From assembly GCA_035221665.1 (NCBI GenBank), contig CM069155.1, positions 30,256,001 to 30,320,000 of the forward strand: a DNA stretch of 64,000 nucleotides, given 5' to 3'. The position numbers and the translations under genes were made by a program. Within the stretch, counting starts at the first letter, position 1. Every line of letters begins with the position of its first letter. Shown here one piece after another: positions 23,406 to 37,459 of the stretch. This stretch comes from Okamejei kenojei (Eukaryota). Below the pieces are notes generated by a model. It was given only the letters and a program-made list of their open reading frames with translations, was not told the DNA's origin and did not search any database.

Positions 23406-25335
23406 GTAAGTTTATGACGAAACAGAAGAGGAAACTGTCTCTACACACCTTGCATGGAATTTTGGTATCACTTTACTGTAATCACAGATATATTTTCTAT
23501 CTTACCTGTTTATACTGATATTACTTGATTACAACGGGAATCTTTATACGGTTTTTATATAGTTTGTAAACCTTCATGTATTATTGCTGCACACTCTCAA
23601 GCTTTCACAGCATCTAATCTTTTCCTCCAAGTGGCAGATTTTGGTGCCTGTCACAGCACTTGTTATCTTCAAAGACATGATCATTAATGAGGTGAATAGT
23701 CAACCAACAGTGTTGTTCAATGGAATCCCAAAAACAATCTCTTGCCATTTCATTGATAACAAAGTTGGTACACCAAACCCTTCTTTATTTTGCCATCTAT
23801 ACAAAAATATGCTGCTGACAGGTCCAAAATACTAAGTGAATCAAACATTATGATTGTTATTCAATCCTGAGAATTAGCTCAACACTTTGTGTCACGTGGC
23901 ATTATTGTTGACAAGTTCCCTGATAAGTGAGCTCGGTTAATGGTGATAATTACCTTCCCTGCCATATTTTAAATCTTGATGAGGGGCCAAAGTAAACTAT
24001 AGTTACCTGTTTACTTGCAAGTCTGTGGCAGATGCCGTCAAAATGCTGACTTGTTAATCTGTGGCAGACTCCGTTAATCCTTGAGGGTTTTCAACAATAG
24101 CAAGTTAGGTTTCATGCCAGCAAGTGTACACCATACAAAATTATTTTGGTTGAAACTTAAAACTCTGAGACTAGCCCTTGTATTTCATGATTTTGAAAAA
24201 ATGATTCTCAGACATGACAGAGATTCTCCAAAACACTGAGCAAAGTAACATCTTGCAGGATAACTGTGATGGCTGATAAGTAGGATTTTATTCTTAGTTG
24301 TTTATTCCTGCATTTTTGGTGTCTTTACATTGTCTGTCCTGAAGTTGTGAAAGGCACTATATAAATACAAGTACTTCATCATTCAATTAATGGCAATTTT
24401 GCACATTGAGCCAGGAGCTTGTGGTTTCGAGTTCAACTTCAGAACTAAGCACACAGTGTATTGCTGACCCATCCGTGCTTGACAGAGAGTACTATGTTCT
24501 TTGAGTTATTTGGACTGGATTTTGATCTTTGGTAGTGCAACTAGACGGTCTCATTCTCTCTTTTCTCTTTCTAAGGACCAAATGTTCCTCACTGTTCCAA
24601 TCATAGTCAATTAACACTAACAACAACAAATGACCTCTAATTTGATCTTGCTTACAGTAGCCCATGCAATATTGCAAGGATTTACGTTTTTGTTTGCCTA
24701 ACTCCAATATAATAAATTGTATGAGAAACCCTGAGGTATTTGAGAGTCATGTATGTTGCCTTTTTGCTTGCATGCTAAACTGGACCAAACAGTTGCCTTG
24801 TTTGCAAATCACATGCCTCATATTTGCATAACTCGTCAGCTTTAATACTGACGTTTTCAATCTATAAAACTGTATGAGTTGCGATTAAAGGCAGTTTTAA
24901 ATCAGTTTAAGTTTGATTAATGGCCCATATAAAGATCCCTGATTTTCAAAACAATGCATAAATCACAACATTTCTGCACTTTAAACTGAAATATTCCATT
25001 TGTAATTCCTGTCTTTCCACTTTAATCTTAATTATTATTTAACTGTTAAGCAATTTTATTAGTGCTGCATAATTCTTCCACACTACATTTTTCTTAGTTC
25101 AAAGGCATCAGTTATCAATTATGTTCAATGACTTTGGAAATGGCAACAACAACAGAAGACAATGCAATTTCTAATTTTTATGAAAGCAAGTATTTTATTG
25201 CTACATTGCAGCAACAACATGCAGTTTATTTAAAACAACTGACGTTAATTATATGATCTGATCAGAAGCTTGGCTGGAGCCTGTGGATGAGAAGGATGCT
25301 TTCCTCAAGGAGCGCACATACTAATCATCTGCATA

Positions 25336-26130
25336 CAGTGCCCTCCGTAGATCCATCATTTATTTATTTGCCTCTGTACTAACAATTTGAGATTTGTAAT
25401 AGAAACAAAATCACGTGTGGTTGAAGTGCACATTGTCAGATTTTATTAAAGGGTATTTTTATACATTTTGGTTTCACCATCTAGTAATTACAGCTGTGTT
25501 TATACAGAGCCCCCCCCCCCGCACCCCACCCAATTTCAGGGCATCAAAATGTTTGGGACACATAGCTTCACAGGTGTTTGTAGTTACTCAGGTGTGTTTA
25601 AATGCCTTCTTAATGCGGGTATAAGAGCTCTCAGCACCAAATCTTTCCTCCACTCTTCCATCACATTTGGAAACTTTTATCGTTGTTTATCAACATGAGG
25701 ACCAAAGTTGTGCCAATGAAAGTCAAAAGAAGACATTATAAGACTGAGAAACAGGAATAAAACTGTTAGAGACATCAGCCAAACCTTAGGCTTACCAAAA
25801 TCAACTGTTTGGAATATTATTAAGAAGAAAGAGAGCACTGGTGAGCTTACTAATCGCAAAGGGACTGGCAGGCCAAGGAAGACCTCCACGGCTGATGACA
25901 GAAGAATTCTCTCTATAATAAAGAAAAATCCACAAACACTTGTCCGGCAGATCAGAAATACTCTTCAGGAATCAGGTGTGGATTTATCAATGACCACTAT
26001 CTGCAGAAGACTTCATGAACAGAAATACAGAGGCTACACTGCAAGATTCTATTACAAATCTCAAATTGTGGAGTATAGAGGCAGATAAATAAGTGATGGG
26101 TCTTTGTCCCAAACATTATGGAGGGCACTG
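25336..26130 (+). mobile_element. Internally deleted Tc1 copy of the same family as 15789-17564
   Basis: TA on both flanks, CAGTGCCCTCC..GGAGGGCACTG termini; transposase N-terminus (..GRPRKTS..) joined directly to the outer part of the right TIR. Confidence 0.95.
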
Positions 26131-27049
26131 TATATCACAATTTTGAGAATTAAGACATTTCAAAAGCACTAAATGATTGATGTGATTTTCAGGAACCAAT
26201 TGACTAAGTAGGATGGCTGTCACATCTGTTCCCTAGTTTCAGAAAGCTCACCACCTGGGTATGATCAAAATACTGTACAGCACTGATTCTGGGAGTGTAA
26301 TGTCACTGTTTTTATTATGCATAATATCGCCGTGTTCTTGTGTGTAACTTGTGCATGTTATTGATAAAGCTGAAGATTGCTAATACTTGGCTCAATTTTT
26401 CTCATAAGCAAAGCCAGCCATTGTTATGTCAGCCAAATTGCCTTCAGATTGACTTTCTATTTTATGGAGAGGTGGAGTTGTGTTTTCTTTTGTTAAATTC
26501 CAACAACCTGCCACTTGGAGCTTTTGTTAGTTATTCCAGACATTATCATAAAATGCTTTTATCTTTGTACACTGCATTTGTTTTTACATCAAGTAGTCAG
26601 CAATAAACTGTACAGAAATAAATCAACTGACTGCTCATTTTAATATATTTAATCTGATTTTCTCACAAGGCATTCGTTAACCAAAAGAACATGGCAGTAC
26701 CAGTCACAACTGTGCAGCAATTGCCAGTTTGGTAGCTGCAAAAATAAAATGAGAACAAATATTCAATAAATCTGATTTACTATACATGTATGTGAAAGTG
26801 CAAGTATTGTTAGTATAATTGCTGAGCTGCAGGCATAGATAAATGTGGAAATATGATGTGATGGTGATAACAATTTTGGGTTGAAGAAGGAACAGAACTG
26901 GGCATTAAATATCCTTGGAAACATAATTATAAATATATTAAAGAAAATATTGGTACTGGAGAGAGGATTTCATTGAAGGGTCAGAGATATAATCTATTTA
27001 GTTACAGCTGTGAAACAGAAGGAACATCACACTGCTGGGTGTGTTTTAT

Positions 27050-27255
27050 AAGTTCACAAGTTATAGGAGCAGAATTAGGCCATTTGGCCCATCAAATCTA
27101 CTCCGCCATTTAATCATGACTGATCTATCTAACTTTCCCTCTCAACCCCATTCTCCTGCCTTTTCCCCATAACCCCTGACACTGTACTAATGAAGAACCT
27201 ATCAATCTCTGCCTTTAAAAATATCAATTCACTTGGCCTTCCACAGCCTTCTGCA
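27050..27255 (-). mobile_element. CR1-clade LINE 3' end fragment
   Basis: Similar to 9978-10165 (ggagcagaattaggccatttggcccatc..). Confidence 0.7.
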
Positions 27256-30200
27256 GATCATCAACAATTAGATGAGATGCGCAAAAGCCACAATGTAGTT
27301 ACAAATGTGGGACTAGTTTTCTTTGAAGGGAGGCAGAGAGGAGATCTGAAGTGTGTAAAATATAAAGGGTGAGGACAGAGTGGATTGTGGGATCCTGCTA
27401 CATACCACAAATGGATTGAGGACTGAAGGGCACGATTGTATAATAAAGGGAAGAGAATTAAGAGTGACATGACGAAAAACGTTTACACCAAGTGTTACTG
27501 ATATCGCAAATGCACCGTCTGCGATCCTGGTGCCATTGTGGCTCTTAGGAGGGAATAGGATAAGTACATGGTGGAGGATATTTTAGAGGAATGGGAAGAA
27601 AAGTCCAGTGGGTAGAACTAGAGAGTTGCTCTGGTGAAGACCTCATGCAGATGCGATGGACTAAATGGTCTCCTGCTATCAATCATTTTGTATTTCCTCT
27701 GTTTTTCTGTAGCAGGCCACTATGATAGCCACAATTTCTTAATGCCTTGAATGTATCGTTGACTTGCTATGGGAAATCATGGCGCAAGGACTGGATTTCA
27801 TTGGTAATAAATGAGCAGCTGTGAAGAATGTTTTGTATCCAATTATTCATACATGAAGTTTGGTTGCAGAAGTACTCATTAAGAAGTGTTGATACACACT
27901 TTGTGAGATGTCTGAGTTACAGTGTGACATGGTTTTATATAATGGTTGAAGTATGGCCCTTTGTCTGCCGACTCTGCCCATGCAGTTACTCAATGATTTA
28001 TTAAAGGAAGTTGTGTTGATATTTCCTCAATGGTCTTTGTGAGGTTAGCCAAAATGAAGCTGAGGAAATAGCTTTCACTTAGTTCTGAGAAACAGTAAGT
28101 TGGCTGTGCAGTGGCTATATAAACAATCGTCTAGTGACAAGAGAGTTTTAAACCATCAAAGAATTTCACTGTTGGTACTGTGGCATAACAGTTTAAGGAA
28201 GAGAAATATTTTGTCTGGTTGTTTGGGTGTAATAATTTTATTTCTCTGTGTTTATCTACACAGCTGCTTAGTTCCAGAGGACTTTGCATCTGATGGTACT
28301 GTTCAGCAATAAAAGTCTCATCTTAGATGCTTCACTAAACAAACTAAAATGATACAGGAAAACTGCAATGCATTTAATGGGTACATGCCCAGTGGGAGGG
28401 CAGGTTGTATCTGCAATGCACCCGAAGAAGACGTTAAAATAATCCTGGGCGCAAGTGTATGTTTTTCAGAAAGCACGGAAAATGCGAGAGAACTAACATT
28501 TTAAATGATAAGAGTGGAGTGCTATCAGGAAAACAAGAATAGAAATGTTAAGTAGTTGTTTAAGTCTGTGCTTATTTTATGTCTACTGTAAAAATATTCC
28601 CTTCAACCTCCAAACAAGTCTAAACAAGCAAAGGTAATCATTTACACAGACAAATAACTGCGCAGACAAAACTTTGCAGCAGTCGTGCTTGGAGCCACGT
28701 CGACAGCTGTCTTAACTGATTTGTGTACAAACTCACACTTGTTTAAATACCAATTGGGATTAGTAGTCTTAAAGTGGAATCAGTTAACCCATGGAATTAA
28801 AAATGCATTCTATTTTACATAATATAATATCTTTCTATATTATGATTTCTAGCATTCTTGTGATATGGGTGGCTGACCCAATTTGTCCTTGAAAAGGTAT
28901 GGATGTCTTGTCTGGAACTGCTGCAATCCACCAGTACAAAATATTACCATTGAATTCCATCATTTTAACTCATTACTCAGACAGGAAAGCTGACAATCCA
29001 GTAAAATATCTCTGGATGTAGACATCTATTCTACCAGGTAGTGAAGATCATGGAATTAGAAAACTCATTTGTATATATTTTGTGTTGCTGTCACATACCC
29101 TGTTAATAGTACGTAGAACGGGCGAAGAAACGCAAAATACAAGTTTTGGACGGAGCAAATTTTATTTTAGAAGATGGATTTGCGCAAGATTCAAACAACT
29201 GGGACCATCATAGATGTCGAAAATCATTTATCCCACTACTGCTGAACCCTGTAATTGATGGGGAGGCTTTGAGGAATCTGGATTAGTTACTCAATATAGA
29301 ACACCACATTTATAAGCTGTTCTAATATTTATATATTAGGTTAGGTCAGATCAGTGGTGATGCTGAGGATGTGGGATTCAATTATCATAATGCTTTGACA
29401 AAATGGTTACAGTTTGAGAACCACGGCAGGAGATTCTTGACATTCAGATTTGCAATGTTTCGCAGAGCTTTACACAAAGTTCTGTATAATTTATTTATTT
29501 TGTAAAAAGTTGTATAAAACTATAGGAATCGTTGCTGTGCTTACATCACCACAGTAGATCCACAATATGTGCAGTATTTTGTGTTGAATGCTGAAATCAT
29601 ATGAATATTTAGGAATACTAATTTAGGTGGGTGGATGAAGAGAAGTGGGATTTGGAAACACAACGGACAGTGTACGCAGACAAATTAAATGTCAACAAGT
29701 ACCAGTGGGGTTGAAAGGCCATAATTACAATTTCCCTTTGGTTGTCATTCGCACAAACAGCCTGCATTTTGGTCTCAATAACAGTTTGCTCTTAAATGAA
29801 TTCTTCTCAAATTTACATTACAATTGTCTTTGAAGTCCCAAAGTAGTTAAAATTTACACTTTAGCTGTAGATTGTGTTTAAATTGTATATTTGTGTCCTT
29901 ATTAACTACAATCATCACCTTATAAATCATCACAGATATTTCATAATATGTACAAATTAACGAAAGAATGTTGGTTGAATTGCAACACTGGAGATAGGGT
30001 ACTTTAAAAATGGCAAGTTTTGTATTAAATCCCCAATGATCATATTATCACATGTACCGAGATATAGTGAAAAACGTTGTTTGCAAGCAATGCACAAGTA
30101 CAGCGGGTGGTCTAAAGAAACAAAATACCGGAAAACACCAGAGTGCATCATTACAACATTATTGTTTTATAGTTACAGAGAAAGTGTTTTTTTTTTTTAA

Positions 30201-31964
30201 GTACAAGGTCCGCAATGAGGTGGGTTGGAAGATTTGAGTACTCCCTAGCTTATGGGAGGAGAATTTAGTAGAATGATAACACTCGGGTAGAAACTGTTCC
30301 TGAATCCGGTGATGTGCTTTTAAGCTATTTTTATATTCTGCCCGCGAGGAGGAGGAAATGACGAGGGTGAAAATGGTCGATCAACGATTAACAATCTGCA
30401 ATATTCATTTTATTTTAATGTCATTTTTCTTACTTTGAGGAAAATAAACAACAGGACGAATTTGAATTACAAAAGGAAAGCAATTGGTTTTAATTTGCTG
30501 TGATAGTGTACTTTGGTTTTGTTGAAAACATTCCATTAAGGGATGTATTAACTGGGTGGAGGCTCTGGGTGGATCAGATGTAATGGGACCTCATGTGAGT
30601 TAAAGCTTAACACTATCCAGACATGTTTTAATGTTATTTCAATTGCTGTGAAACAAAATCAAGCACAAAATCAAGCACATGCCAATGAGCTACACAATTC
30701 CTAATAAAATCAACAATTTTTAAGGGTCTATTCTCGGTGGTAAGTAATTGCTATTTTATACTGCTTTTTAATGGAATTAATAACCTTATATGAACTGCAT
30801 CGTCTTAAGAAGTGGGATATATCTTCCACAAGAAAGCTTTATTAAAATGCATTTTCCTGTACTGCCAACTCTTGTATGTTTAGAAGATAGGTAAGGAATT
30901 ATTTTTAAACAAAAACATTATTATGTTGCATCTGGCATTCCAGTAGCTTACTCACAAATAAAGGCCTCTGGCAAATGTCCTGATTATCTAGAGAAATCCA
31001 GTCTCTGACTTTGCATACTTTTGTTACCAAGGGAATTGCTATTGCCTCTCTGAAGTGCCTTTTTGTGAAGGATGGTGCAGTTGAAGCCAATTTTGCTCTA
31101 AATCCTTCAAGTGAAATCTGTGCCATAATCTTCTAATTATGTTCATCAGCCAAAGTTCTGTGGGAAGTTTTATTTTTACCTAACTGATGTAAAGAGTTGC
31201 TCACATCAATCATTTCATACTTAGAATGTAGTACATACCAGTGCAATAACCCTCCTGGTGGTAACCAAATGGCATTTTCTCCATGAAATGTCATGTAATT
31301 GAGACTGCTTCATTCTGACTTCTGTATGTGAAAAATCAACGTAGATGATTCAACTTGTGAAATTCAAGAGAAACTGCAAACTTTTTTTTGCTTTCCTAAT
31401 GTTTTTCCTCTACTCCTGGAATGCTTAACTTATTATCTCATCCAACCGGCTGCTCCTCCTGAAATACTAGGTTTTGTGAATTGGCTGATTCATCATGCAA
31501 CACAATAATAATATCAGGGTTGGCCAATTTGATTACCCTCCTTTGCCCCAGAGGATGCATCATGTATGGTTTTCATTTGAAATCAGCTCACTGGGCACAG
31601 ACCTACACTGGTATTGCCTTGTGTATGTAGGGCCCAGTTTCACTCTGAGAAGTGTATTTTCTGTCTGAAGGATGCAGAAGTGTAACGTGGACTTTTGTTG
31701 CTGACTCGCTGAATTCGTAGGTTGAAAAATAACGGCTTTTCAAATTCTACAAGGACACTCCACAAGGCGTTGCCCCACTCTGTTGGAAGAGCGATGACAC
31801 CCCAGGGAGCTTGTATTTATTTGCACAGTGTTGTGTCCTGAGCTTTCTCTTGACCATCTCACAGGAGGAGACTGGGGAAAAGTGCACCAAACCTTTCTGG
31901 GACTAGCATGCCTAAAAACAGAATGGACTTGCTACACATTCACAACGCAATTAAGCAGAGTAGC

Positions 31965-32125
31965 TTTAGTGTAGTTTAGAGATACAGCACGGAAACGGGC
32001 CCTTCGGCCCACCGGGACCGCGCCGACCAATGTTCCCCGCATATTTACACTATACTATACTACACCCACTAGGGACAATTTTTACATTTACCAAGCCAAT
32101 TAAACTACAAATCTGTACATCTTTA
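31965..32125 (-). mobile_element. HE1-type SINE, 3' portion
   Basis: tttagtgtagtttagagatacagcacggaaacgggcccttcggcccacc.. Confidence 0.8.
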
Positions 32126-33269
32126 TGTGTGCTTTGGTGACGTCAGAGAAATAGCAGACTTTTCCACCAGCCTCTGAGTAATTGACAAAAATAACCCGCT
32201 CAGAGTGTATTGGCACACTTTCTGAAACAGTACATAATTGGTATCAGAGGGCATGTGTGAAATCTCCTCAAAGGGAAGTGCGTGTGTGGGGGGGGGACAC
32301 ACACACACAATTCCTTGCTGAAGTAAACAGAATGGAAAATTGTCCAAAAAAACCCACAACATTGCAATTACAAATTAGTCCAAAAAAAAAAAAGAAATCA
32401 AAGGGACTTGAGTCTTGAATATTAAAAGAAAAGGCAAAACGGTATTTTGTAAGCTGCTGAGCTTTCCATTACTATCATCTGACTTTCCTCCAGCAATGTC
32501 TGATCGTTTTGAGAGATGTTTCATTTGTAAACAGATTTTAAATTCTAAGAATTCCACTGCAGGAATTCCACGATCTTTGCAGCTGACTTGAACTGTAGTC
32601 CCAAGTGCTGAATTGTGGGGGGAATGGGTTGCGGTAATGATCATATATATATATTTTTTAGGGCAAGTCTCATGTCCCCAACTCCTCCTGTGACAAATTT
32701 CCCGCAGCTCTCAATTACCTGATCTTCCAAAAATTATCTATTGCCACCTGAAATACTTAGAATGATATAGCCTCCACAACCCTCTGGCGTAGAGAGCTCC
32801 AGGGATTCACCATAGTCTGCAAAAACTAAAATTCAATGCATCTCTGTTTTAAACAACTGGGCCCTTTTTTAGTAACTATTTCACTGTATTCTTTTTCATA
32901 ACCCACTAGCCATGGAAAACTGTTAGTACTTTGTTCAGCTTCTGGTATAATGAGATGCTTGCCATTGCCTTGGGAGTGCTGATCAACCTCTGAAATCTCT
33001 TATGTTGAATACTGTGCAAAGGTTTCTCAGTAACACTGTTCAGTAAATCACCAATTTCATCATAGTGTTGGAAATCTATTTTTATTTGAAAATATTTAAC
33101 AACAATTGAACACCCAGAATGGTGACAGATATAAATATCATATGTGCATATGACCTCACTAGTGGACCCTAAAGTCACAGAGGGTACAATATGGAATCAG
33201 GTCCTATGTGCCCACAGTGTCTGGACCACACTTCTTCCATTTCATTCTCCCGCATTCGTATCATCTCCC

Positions 33270-33480
33270 CCCATGCCGCATCATCCCCTTGATTCTACCA
33301 GACACCTGCAAGCTAGAATCAATTTAAGGTGGCCAATTAACCTCCCAGCCCACACAGCTTTAGTTGAGGAAGGAAACCCGAGTACCCAGAGTGAATCCTC
33401 ACATGCATAGGGGAAAATGTGCAATCTCCGTACGGAGTTCAGGATTGAACCCAGGTCGCTGGAGCTCTGCCGCTGTGACA
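33270..33480 (-). mobile_element. Degraded V-SINE-type element
   Basis: ggccaattaacct..gaggaaggaaacccgagtacc..caggattgaacccaggtcgctggagct. Confidence 0.55.
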
Positions 33481-34084
33481 TGCATCTAGCCTGGTTGAGA
33501 CAAGGTTGGAGCATCAGAAGCAGGGATGGCATATGTTCACAATAATTCTCATTTGCTGACAATTCAGCCATTTTCACAAAGGAAATCTGTGGAAAGTCTT
33601 CGTCCTAGAAAAGGGAAATGAGGTTCCTTTCCCAATTAACTGAGATTCATTTCCCAATAATATTTCTGTAAAGAATTTGGATCTTTTTTTCTGTGAAGTT
33701 TCATCCTCAGTCTGCCAATTGTTTTCTGAGATGTCTTTGCTGACACTGAAGTGCCAGGGCATTTGTACATTGTAAGACCCACACGCAATGATGATGACTA
33801 ATTAAGATTTTTAACTGTTGCTTGACATCATGCAACCCTCGTCAAACTCTTATGTTCCTCATTGGATGCTAGCAGCAGAATTTAATGTTCTTAATCGCTA
33901 TAAGTCTGGATTCTTTCAATGAACGTAATTGTAAAATTACAGGACTGATTCTTGCAGATTGCTACTTACCACACTTTATGACCAAGGATACTCTTTTGTT
34001 CACCTCACCTGACCTTTATGAACTGTCAACCATACGGTCACAGAAACAACGTGGAGCCAGGCCCTGGAGTCTACTAAATTCACA

Positions 34085-34320
34085 TCTCCATTAATCCCAT
34101 TTTTTATTTGTCTAATATTCTCTTCAGCTTCCCCAGCTACTACCACTCATCTGCGCACTAGAGGCCATTTACAGCGGCTAACTGATCTACCAAGCCGCAC
34201 AGGGATGAAAGGTGAAATCAGAGCCTCCAAGGAAGAACATGCGAACTCCAGGCAGATAGCACCCGAGTCAGGAGTCTCTGGTGCTATGAGATATCAGTTC
34301 TAGCTGTGCTACTGCACTTC
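34085..34320 (-). mobile_element. Degraded V-SINE-type element
   Basis: cactagaggccatttacagcggc..gaacatgcgaactcca..gatagcacccgag. Confidence 0.5.
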
Positions 34321-35245
34321 CATACTTCCTGTTTGTGGCCACATACACTGACATTGTATTGTATGGAGTTCTATATGTTATCTTTATTTCTATTGTTAGT
34401 TTAAAAAACATTGTATATTTCGCTGCAGGATCAATAAAGAAATGAAATTGTTGGAGCAAAAAAGAGCACATTTTAAGTAGTATAGGGAAGTTAATAAATA
34501 AGATGGTATAGAATGTATATGAGTATAAAAATAAGAATTAGCAAACAGATCATATAGTCAGATCTGCTTCCCCATTCATCATCTTAAATGAAGTAGGAAA
34601 GGGAAGGAAATTGCATCTTTTTCTAGTTGTCCATATTCAGGAATAATGGCTGCACTTTAGTAAGTGTCAAATGTCATTACATTAGTCATGAAGTGTAAAG
34701 GGTAATCACAGTCCAATGTGTGTAGCAGCAGGTTGGGGGAGGTGCTCCAATCAAACATCAGGGATAGTGACAAGGCAGTTGAGTAACTAACGATGAAAGA
34801 TGATCAGAACTTATGATAGATCACACCTTCAGATAGATCAAACATGGAATGTCTAGGTTTTTATTTGAAGTAGTTTATTTCTCGTGGATTGGGGAGCATC
34901 CATAGTTATGTCTATATAGACATAAAACTTGCCACATAGTACACCACTACATGATGCCACAAGTCCTGTGCCAATTGCCAATGATACCCATACCCTTAAA
35001 TGTCTAGTTAATGTTCGCTCAGCCTTTATAAAGTGTCTCTATTTAAATAGTTCTGCTAAATTTCCTCTTAACCTGTGTTCGAGGTGGTGCTATTGCAGCT
35101 TGTTCAGTAAATCACTGTAATCCCTTCTCTCACACCAACTTCTTCACATCTTTAATCAAGTGTGATGTCCAAAACTTAATATTCCAGCGAGGCTGATCTT
35201 GGGTTTTGTTTCAAGTCATAAAACTTCCTGGGTTTTTATAATATA

Positions 35246-36349
35246 CCAGACCAAGTGCGGACCCGTTAGGACCCCAACGCAATATTCCACCACTCGCCCA
35301 AAGCCCCCCACTGCGCAGGCACGGCTGACGTTTTTAAAGTTTAAAACGGCAATAACTTGGAAAATATAAGATCAATGTGGATGCATCTCACGCTCCCTCT
35401 TCAGTCCCCTATTCCCCTCCATTATCCTCCCTCTCCCCACTCTCCACCAACCCTCTGCTTCCTCCCCTCACCCCTCCCTCTCCTCCTCTCTCTTCCCCCT
35501 CTGCTCCTCCATTACCTCACCATACCTCTTCCTACCCCTATCCTCCTCCATTCCCTCATTCCCCACTCCCTCCCTCACACACCTCTCCCTCTCCTTTCCC
35601 CTACCCTAAGTCACTCCCTCCCTGCCTCCATAACCCCTCTCCCCTCTCTACCCCCTCCTCTCTCTCCTCACCTCTTCTCCCTCTATCCCCCCCGACTCCC
35701 CCCTCCTCTCCCTCTATCTCCCCCCTCCTCCCCCACTTTCCCCTCCCTACTCCGTTCCTCTCTACCCCGCTGCTCCCCCACTCCTAGCCTCCCCCCTATC
35801 CCACCGCCCCCACAATGAAAATCGCAATGTTTTTTTAATAGAAACCTCCCCCTACCCACACACCTCCATGAAGATAACGATTTTTAAAAATAATTCTCAA
35901 TGAAAATTTCATGTTTTCTTTAAAATAACCTATACACAATGTTAACTGTGAATGAAAACGGTAGAATTTGACTAAAATGGTTTTTTTTTTAAAATCATGA
36001 TTTTTTTTAAATGTAAATGAAATTTGGTATCTCATTGTGACGTAATTGTGAATGAAAACGGAAGAATTTGATTAAAACGTTTTTTAAAAATCACAATTTC
36101 TTATGTAAATGAGATTCGGGATCCCATTGTGACGTTGAAGGCGGCTGACGGGCAGGGCAAGTCGAAAAGTAGTTTGAAAAGTGATTTTAGTAAAGTTTAA
36201 AATGTCAATACCTTTTAAAATAGAACAAATCTTGTTTCTATTACATGCCAGGACAATAGTGAGTAAGGTGGGCCAAAAATTGTAAAGCTATCGTGTACCG
36301 TCTGGGAGTGCTTTCTGAATATCATGCACATGCACGCATTTAAACAGAC
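35246..36349 (-). mobile_element. Non-autonomous Helitron-like element with internal pyrimidine tract and about 105-bp tandem duplication
   Basis: Minus strand ends CTGG|T (CTRR rule) a few nt after a degenerate GGACCC-GTT-GGGTCC hairpin; no TSD or TIR; 5' end runs into the gap. Confidence 0.6.
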
Positions 36350-36623
36350 NNNNNNNNNNNNNNNNNNNNNNNNNNNNNNNNNNNNNNNNNNNNNNNNNNN
36401 NNNNNNNNNNNNNNNNNNNNNNNNNNNNNNNNNNNNNNNNNNNNNNNNNNNNNNNNNNNNNNNNNNNNNNNNNNNNNNNNNNNNNNNNNNNNNNNNNNNN
36501 NNNNNNNNNNNNNNNNNNNNNNNNNNNNNNNNNNNNNNNNNNNNNNNNNNNNNNNNNNNNNNNNNNNNNNNNNNNNNNNNNNNNNNNNNNNNNNNNNNNN
36601 NNNNNNNNNNNNNNNNNNNNNNN
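36350..36623. other. Assembly gap (274 N)
   Basis: Run of N. Confidence 0.99.
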
Positions 36624-36900
36624 CCCGTTGGGTCCCTGTCGCATGGGAGGGCTGGTCCCCCAACGCAACCCATCCCCCCCCAACGCAATATTCAACCACT
36701 CACCCTTAGCCCCCACAGGAGGCCTGGTCCCCCAACGCAACCCGTTCCCCAATGTAAGATTCCACCACTCACCCATTCCCCAACGCAACCCATTCCCCCA
36801 ATGCAATATTCCACCACTCACCCATAGCCTCCAACTGTGCAGGTCGGCACATTTTTTCTCCCTTCCTTATTTTAAACTTTTTTTAAAATGCAATCGCACT
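36624..36900 (-). mobile_element. Second Helitron-like 3' region with short tandem repeats
   Basis: Begins cccgttgggtccc (same hairpin motif); repeats ccccaacgcaa..ttccaccactcaccc as at 35270-35320. Confidence 0.6.
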
Positions 36901-37459
36901 AAATACAGGGAGGGCCGGGCCACATGTCCTGGATGAAGGAATAGCACTATAGATTCCAACTTGCAGTTCACAGTACAGAGGTCAGTAATTTATAAAGACA
37001 GAAGCAGAAAGAGTGGGAAATAGTGGCAGACAAGAATTCAGTCTGGGGAACAGCGAGGTCACCCCCTTCAGATTTAAAAAAACATCCAGAATTTTTCTAA
37101 TTGCTGAGAAATTTGCCATTGTTGAAGACCGAAGGGATTTGAGTTTCTGTGTAAATAAAATCACTGAAAATCAGTGTACAGCTTACTAAAAGATACATTG
37201 AAAAGACTGTGTAGAGATGAGTCTCCTGCTCACTGACGTCAAGTCCACCATTGCTTGAGTGATTAAACTTAGAGATCCACAAAATATAAATTTATGAAGA
37301 ATGCAAAAGCTTGTTGGGGGGGGAAAGAGTTTTGAGAAATGGGGAGACAAACCTTGGAGGGATTTGAAAACAAAGGTGAGAATTATAAAATTTGGATGTT
37401 GCTTAGTTGATCATCCAATGTCATTAATGCACTACTGACAGAATAGCACCTGGTATGAG

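Noticed and set aside
35357-35818. Proline-rich 153/136-aa ORFs
   Set aside because: Polypyrimidine tract inside the Helitron-like element.
36215-36827. ORFs of 119-177 aa
   Set aside because: They span the second N gap and tandem repeats.
36640-36830. Regularly spaced repeats as a CRISPR-like array
   Set aside because: Eukaryotic context, degenerate units and no unique spacers; subterminal tandem repeats of a transposon.
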